A stretch of 64,000 nucleotides of DNA, taken from Paraspadella gotoi (Eukaryota > Animalia > Chaetognatha). Below are positions 56,661-64,000 of the stretch, piece by piece; within the stretch, counting starts at the first letter, position 1; each line of letters begins with the position of its first letter. Under the pieces are notes generated by a model that worked only from the letters and a program-made list of their open reading frames with translations, was not told the origin of the DNA and ran no database searches. Location: contig CM119269.1 of NCBI GenBank assembly GCA_051294375.1, forward strand, positions 16,949,030 through 17,013,029. Reading direction: 5' to 3'. The position numbers and the translations under genes are program-made.

Positions 56661-56771
<111 letters not shown>

Positions 56772-57281
56772 CTCTCTTTTTTCTTAATCGCATCCATTCC
56801 TGATTAAATCTCTCCCTTTTAATTTATCGATTCTCATTTTTTCCTCAGCAACAGCAACTCGCGATGCAAACTATGGTTTTGTAATTTTATACTCTGTATT
56901 AAACTATTATTGAATAGATGATTTTTATTTGACCAGCGATTCCATTCTGCTTTCTTTTCCTTGAAGTATCACCGGGCGAGGATTTCGCCTATCATCGAGC
57001 GCAGCCGTGGCTCATTGGAAAAAAACCCGGCTCAGGACGAGATCAATCCACAATATACTGTAATCGCTTCCAAACTGGAAGCGTGAGGCTCATAAATCTC
57101 TAGGGAGTTCTCTCCAATTTCACAAAAGTCACAAGAGAATTCACTGCGTCTTCACTTTACCTACGAATACAAAATGAAATAAACTTCCCCACAAGGCGCC
57201 CACGGCCTCGCAGGTATTCACTCTACCACCAGACTCACCGTCCGTGATACATTCATCCTCGCGCTAATCCTTTTCTTCACG

Positions 57282-57323
<42 letters not shown>

Positions 57324-57425
57324 CCGGAGAGATTCATTTCCCCTTTCTCCCTCTATTTCCATTGTAATCCCTTTTTCTCACCGACTCCGGCGCGATCGTC
57401 CATCCTCCATCCGTTGTTCATTTGT

Positions 57426-57956
57426 CTACCGCGGAAAAATCCGTTGTTTCCGATTCCGTCGTTGGGCGGCGGATCTTTGGAGAGGGAAATTCTCGCTCAC
57501 GAGCGTCGAGCATTTCTTCACGTCGAAGATCTGAGAGAGAGAGAGAGAGAGGAGAGAGAGAGGAGAGAGAGAGAGAGAGAGAGAGCAGAGAGAGAGAGAG
57601 AGAGAGAGAAAATTAAAAGACGATTTATTTATGATGAAAGCGTTGATAAAACGTGAATAATTTTAATATATTTGTTTAAATATAATATAATGCTTGTTTT
57701 AAAAGTCACATTTCTGAAAGGATAACAAGAATGATACAGATAAAACCAATGATAACTTTTATTTTTCAAATAGGTTTTTTTTATAGTTTCTTTTTTACTT
57801 TTTTTTTTTGAAGTTCTATAGTTTTTTTCCTCCTATAATCTTAATTTATTTCGACTTTCCTCTCTTTCTTCCCCTCTTTTCTTTGTTTCTTTGTTTCATT
57901 TTTTCTTTCTTTCTGTTTTTCTGTATTTTTTTTCTTTCTCTCTGTTTTCATTTTTT

Positions 57957-58028
<72 letters not shown>

Positions 58029-58133
58029 TTTTTCTTTCCATCCGATTCGACCTCTATTGACGAATGGTTTTTTCCAATTCCTTCTTTCCATTTCCCAGGC
58101 TCTCCCTTTTTTTTAACGCGGATCAATCTCTCT

Positions 58134-58197
<64 letters not shown>

Positions 58198-58682
58198 CTC
58201 TCTCTCTGCTCTCATCTATAACTACCCTCCCTCTTCCACTTTTTTTCTTCTCACCTTGAAGACCCCGCTCCAGAGAGAGACCGTCAGGTCACAAGGTCGA
58301 AGCCTTCGCAACTCCACGAACCTGAGAGGATCGAAATGAGGGTTTTTAGAGGAGCGAGATGAGCGGTGATAAGAGGGACAGTAATAGGAGCGAAGAGCTA
58401 GAGCGAGTCCACAAAAGCGATGGAGTGAACTGATAAAGACTGAATTTAGTAAAAGACTACAGAGACCCCAACTAAAGCGAGTGAGAAAAGATCACAGTAC
58501 GTTGTGAAAAAATCAAGGTACTGAGAGTTGAGACAAGAGCAGAAAAAAAGGAGAAAAAAGTAAACGGAGTTGACAATTGATGAGAGAGAGTGACTAAAAG
58601 TGGACAGGAATTTCCGCGGAAAAGCTGAAGATAGAGAGAGAGAGAGAAGAGAGAGGAGAGAGAGAGAGAGAGAGAGAGAGAT

Positions 58683-58716
<34 letters not shown>

Positions 58717-60153
58717 AGAGAAGAGAGAGAGAGTGAGAGGAGGTCGCTTTGATGGCAAACTCGTTTTCTGTGGATTCGCATCGAAAAGAAAATCTATTTT
58801 TCGCTCGAATAAATTCTCTTCCTCCAGTGACATCCTTTTTTTTTCTTCGCAATTTTTTTTTTTAACCCGTCACCATTTTCGCAGCCCTGTCCTTTCTCTT
58901 TCCTTTCTTTCTAACCTTTGCTTTCTCTTCCACGCTTTTTTGCCTCCCATCGAGTATGTTCGGTCCTCCGTGCTTTTCCTCTCTTTCCTCGTGCCTTTCC
59001 TTTCCTCCCTAATTCCTCCTTTCGTCCTTTTCTTTCCTTCAATTTGACTTTTCCTCGTCTTTCTTCCCCACCCACTCACTGCTCCATCGTCTTACCTTTT
59101 CTGTTCACCCCTCACCCCTCACCCCTCATCCCTCACCCTTCACCCTCACCCATCACCCCTCACCCCTCATCTCCACCCATCTTTCCCCACCGGAGCCATC
59201 CGTTAAGGTCGGACCCTTTGGGCCGCTTCAACCCAAGAGGCACGAATTTGGAGAGGTTTGAAAATACAACCTGCAGATGGCCCCGAGGGGTCGACGACCG
59301 CCTTCAATGCCGATTCGGGATTTAATCCGGAATCGCCCACTCTCATAAAACAGTGAACTCTCTTCCACATCGATAGCAGACAACTACATGCATTACCTAT
59401 CAATTCTTTAGTACTGTAACCACTAACTCCATACTCATCTTTTCCTAAGCCAAAACTACCTGCTAAATCCAAATAGCGTTTAAAATTATATTAAAACATT
59501 TCCGAAAAAAAACCTATCGTCTCTGAATGCAATTCACGTCGTTGAATCTAATCAACTAATCAACCAACTTATTTTAAATAAATTTTTCATTAAAGTAGTC
59601 AAAAATATAAAAAAAAAACATATTTATTATTTTTAATTTTCAGCTTAAAGATATTAAAAATATTGACCAACTTAAGGACATAATTTTGTAAAAATATTTA
59701 TATTTTCTTTCATTAACTTTTTACGAGGAATCTGAAACTGTCTTCAGAATTTAAAAAAAAAATATTTTGAAATTCTAAAATTATTTAAAGGTACATACAA
59801 AATAAGCTGACTGTGATACTACCGTAACAGAAAAAGAAAAAGAAATTAAAGATTAGGATTTCACAGTAGCCATAAGTTTGATCCAAACTTTCACTTGACC
59901 CTGGCCAACACCTCCAAGAATTCCAATCCCCTAATGAATCTCCAATACACCCCCCAATCCCTTTCCACCCCCCTCAGTACCCCCCCTCCCCTCACCCACC
60001 ATTTTCGCGGAATCGCAGTTTGACGTCGGGACGGAAGACGAAGCCCTGGATCGTGAAGTAGATGGCGCCTTGGAATTGAGTCACGGCGCGGACGACCGTT
60101 TTGTAGGACGTGGTCGCTGTGTGGGGTGAGGTGAGGGGGTGGGAGGGTTAGGT

Positions 60154-60191
<38 letters not shown>

Positions 60192-60936
60192 AGAGAGAGA
60201 TGAGAGATGCCAGAGAGAGAGAGAGAGAGAGAGACGTGGGCAGAAAAGAAAGAGGGGGAATGTCCCCCGATAAACTTTGTTGACAATCTCCGAATTTTTT
60301 TTCATGTGTTTTCATGTGTTTTCAACCAAATTGTCTACAAACATAAAATATCATAAAAGAGAAGAAAAAACAAGGGAACAATTTTTTTTTCCTCCTTCGA
60401 TGGGAATGGTCTGAGCGTTTTTCGAAGTTTTTCTCTTTTTCTTTTTAAGATTTTATTTGGTTTTTGTCCAATTTTTTTAAATTTTTTCTTTCCTTTCTTC
60501 TCTTTCCCCTCTTTTATTTCTTTCTTCTTTCCTCTTTCCCTCTCTCCTCGTTCAATAATCAAAGACGGATTTTCTCAAAGAAAAACGAAATTTCATGTTC
60601 CACTTTGATTTCTTTCAAATTGGCTAACGAGTAATGAGATTTTCGTGTCGTTTTTTATTAATTTCATTTGAAAATTAATTTCGAGCGTTCATTCCAACGG
60701 ACGGACGGACGGACGTTTAGTTCTCTTTTACGTACGGAGGCGGATCACGATCCGTCATCAGGGGTAAAAATATAAAGCCTCTCTCTTCGCCGCCCCCCCC
60801 CCCATTAATTTCAAGGGCGAAACTGTGGTGTGATGGTAGCACCCACGGCTCGGCTCACGCTCAATTTACCATTGTGACCCATCCTCGTATCCCACTGTGC
60901 CGATTACCTCCCTCTAGGTTTCTTTCTTTCTTTCTT

Positions 60937-60976
<40 letters not shown>

Positions 60977-61397
60977 TTCGGTTTCAACTTTCACCCTAAT
61001 TTCCAGTCGTGAGTCCTTTTTCATCAAACGAATGTCCCCTGTGTGTCAATGATATGAAGGTCCGGTTGTCAAAGACGGTTCCATCATCTTTATCATTCAT
61101 TCGAGAATTCATTTATGATAATGTAGTCGGGTATTTCGATTTTTTTCAGAGGCTAAAGGGAGAGAGACTCAGATATTCTTCGAAATTCTTGTCTTTTCTT
61201 TCTTTTTTATTCCGAAACGATTTTGGCCGGGTTTTCCTTCCATTGTACCGAAAATCGGCTTATCACATTAATTTTGAGAAAGAGGAGATTAAAATATGCG
61301 TGAAATGATTGTGAAATTCCCAGAGCAGTAATCAACTGGAAGCAAAAGTGGAAAAAAAATTTAACCGAAGACGAAGAAGAAGAAGATGATGATGATT

Positions 61398-61444
<47 letters not shown>

Positions 61445-63664
61445 GATGATGAGGAAGATGAAAAGGAATTAAGAGAAGAGGAGAAAGAAAGAAAAGGGGA
61501 AGGAATGAAGAAGAGAAAAGTAAAGAAAGAGAAAAAAAATAAAGGAAAGTAAATAAAGAAAAAAATTAAGGAGAGGAAAGAAAGAGAAAAAAATGTAGGA
61601 GAGGAAAGAAAGAGAAAAAAATGTAGGAGAGGAAAGAAAGAGAAAAAAATGAAGGAGAGGAAAGGCAAGAAAATCAGAGAAATGAAGACGAGGAGAGTGA
61701 AAATGGTGAAGAAGAGGAGAGAAATGTAGAAGAGGAGAATACTGACTGTAGAGAAATGAAATTAATGGAGACGAGGAGAATGGAGGAAAGGAGAAAAATG
61801 AAGAAAAGGGGGAGAGAAAATAAGAGACCGTCTAGGGTAAGAGAGTGAATGAAGTTAAAGCGAAAGTCGTCGTGATGAAAACGGGGCAATAGATGACAAA
61901 AAAAAAACTGATAAGAATAGAAGAAGAAGAAGTAAAGAAAGAATAAAGTCGATAAAGAAAATAATTAAAGAATCGGAGAGAGAGACGAACGGCGGACGAC
62001 GAATGAAAAGGAGAATGAGAGAGAAAATTGAAGAGGAGAACGAAATGGAGAATCTTTAAACGGATGAAAAAGAAAGAAAGAAAGAGAAAGAGGAGAAAAG
62101 AAAAGAAAAAGATGTAATGAAGAGGAAGAAAAAAAAAGAGAAACGGCAGAACAAAAAAAAAAATTCCCCACAAATCCGTTTGGGGTATTTTTATCATCCA
62201 CCTTCCTTCACTCCCCCCCCCCCCCGTACAGCGTCCTCCCCCCTCCCCCCTGTCGCTTCTCCCCGCTCTTCCGCCCCCCCCCGACCGCCAGTCTTCTTCC
62301 CCACTCCGTTCTCTTTCCACCCGCATCGTTTTTCAAAGAGAACGCTGATTTTTAGGAATATCCACCTCTTGAGCGAGAAAAGTCCCGGGATCGAAACCTG
62401 GGGTTTAACGGGTTTTCTTGCAATCGTTGCTAAAGGTTTGCTGGATGGTGGCTTTGAATATGGCGGACCTTGGTTCCAGGTTCATTATCATCGCCACCCA
62501 ATTCTATCAGCCCGGCAAATGGCCGCCTCATCCTTCTGCATCTGCTTTAAATGCTCATCAATGAACGGATTGGTCCTTTACTTAATAAATCTGCTCGAGT
62601 GATTTTTTATTCAAATGAAAAGCATAGAATGCGGTAGAACAAGATAAACTCCATCATGTGATGATTCCTAAACAATAATGACGATAATAAAAACAACAAC
62701 AACAGACTATTTTCCGTAAGTCGTCCTTTTTTTCTCTCTTTTTTTCGCTTTGAAACAAAAAGATAAAAAAATAAAAAAAAGCGGCGCCCGTGGGTTTCGT
62801 TCCCGTGATCCCGGTGGATGGAAATATCATTGAGGATGGCCTTGAGGTCAGAAGGCTTTGGTCGAGAGTCGTGAAACAAAAGGAATATAAAAATCAGTGA
62901 AGGATAGACTGGAATTCCGTCAGACTGGTTTGAGAGAGAGGGGAAAGAAAGGGGAGAGAGAAGAGAGAAAGAAGGGAGAGAGAGGGGAGAGAGAGAAGAG
63001 AGAGAGAGAGGGGAGAGAGAAGGGAGAGAGAGGGGTTGAACTCGGAATACAAGACTCATCCTTTCTTTCTTTATTATTTCGCTGAAGCGCAAGCAAAGTT
63101 TCTTTCCCTTTTCCAACTCCTCCTCCTACTCCTCCTCCTCCTCCTACTCCTCCTTTTCCTCTTTGCCTCTTTCTCATTCGAGCTCCAAAAACGCATGATT
63201 TTGACGACGAAACCTTTTTCCGTAACATTTTATCTATATAAGCTTCTTTTTATTAACGTAATTTCCAAAGACTCAAAAACAGACTGACAGAAAAGCATTT
63301 TTTTTTCGTATCGCGTTTTGTCTCAAGACGATGCCTGTCGACAGTATAGTATCGACGCCCTGACCTCAACGCGCAGGAAGACAGTTTGCCAAACAAACAG
63401 AGAAATAGAACGAGAGACAGACAGACCAGGCATACAGGCAGTCCGACCAAATAGACGGAGAGACGACAACAAAAATAGAATTATTACAGACAGATAAGAC
63501 AGACAGTCGGAAATACGACGATAAAGAATAAAAGGATTATAGCACCTGTGGGTTTCGTTCCCGCGATCCCAGTGGAGAGGGACGTCGTTGAGGACGGCCT
63601 CGAACTCGGTCACGTTGGTCGCGACTCGGCAAAGGGGGGAGCGGAGGAGGAGGAGCCCGAAGTC
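57426..63664 (-). CDS. Multi-exon uncharacterised protein, 5' part outside the window, possibly DM13-like; exons 63546-63664, 62469-62541, (62366-62397), ~60000-60116, 59191-59270, 58255-58321, 57426-57530
   Basis: GC-rich islands with polypyrimidine-AG and GT ends. Peptides DFGLLLLRSPLC..LNDVPLHWDRGNETHRC, YKTVVRAVTQFQGAIYFTIQGFVFRPDVKL and WLRFVELRRLRPCDLTVSLWSGVFKIFDVKKC. The last three exons join in phase; some upstream junctions are unresolved. Confidence 0.55.
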
Positions 63665-64000
63665 CTGGGGGTTGAGGGGCCGAGGGGTTTTGGGGGTTGG
63701 GGATAAGAAGTGACGAGTTGATGGAAACAGGTGATTAGGAGATGGGGGTGATGTGGGCTTAGGGATCTGGATAGTGGATGTCAGGATAGGGTTGAGATTT
63801 GAAGTTAGAGGAAGAATTGGGATGATTGCGTGGAATGGTAACAGGGCCTGTCGACCCGTGTCGGGGGCGAATGGGTTAGAAGAAAAAAATTAATATTAAT
63901 TAGCTCAGTCGAGGAAAGAAAGAAAGAAAGAAAAGAAGAAAGAGAAAAAAAAAAAGAAAGGGAAAAAAAATGAAAAAATAGAGAAAGAAAACCAACAAAT

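Noticed and set aside
60741-60765. Minus-strand CTGATGA plus CGGATC/GATCCG stem (hammerhead-like)
   Set aside because: No GAAA or NUH follows the stem; at most a dead fragment.

Overview
Eukaryotic (invertebrate-like animal) draft-assembly DNA, rich in (AG/CT)n microsatellites and N gaps. About 1-41 kb carries indel-rich tandem and inverted duplications that look like long-read gap-filling artefacts. Genes I can support: (i) a fragmented minus-strand ADAMTS-like gene with clear spacer-domain exons; (ii) a U1 snRNA gene (46400-46561, -); (iii) a complete 7-exon glycine N-methyltransferase gene (48734-50731, +); (iv) a candidate 58-aa Trp-rich membrane microprotein; (v) minus-strand exons of one or two unrecognised extracellular proteins, one with a GPI-type C-terminus and one possibly DM13-like. 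The most interesting signals are two self-cleaving RNA motifs. The first is a 404-bp terminally redundant element (8986-9464, -) combining a tRNA-like Pol III head with a circularly permuted (type-P5-like) twister ribozyme whose P1 is only a 6-nt palindrome, giving a retrozyme-like architecture; decayed relatives occur elsewhere in the window. The second is a minimal type I hammerhead at the centre of a ~50-bp inverted repeat (53603-53749, +). All calls were made by eye; no searches or folding programs were run.
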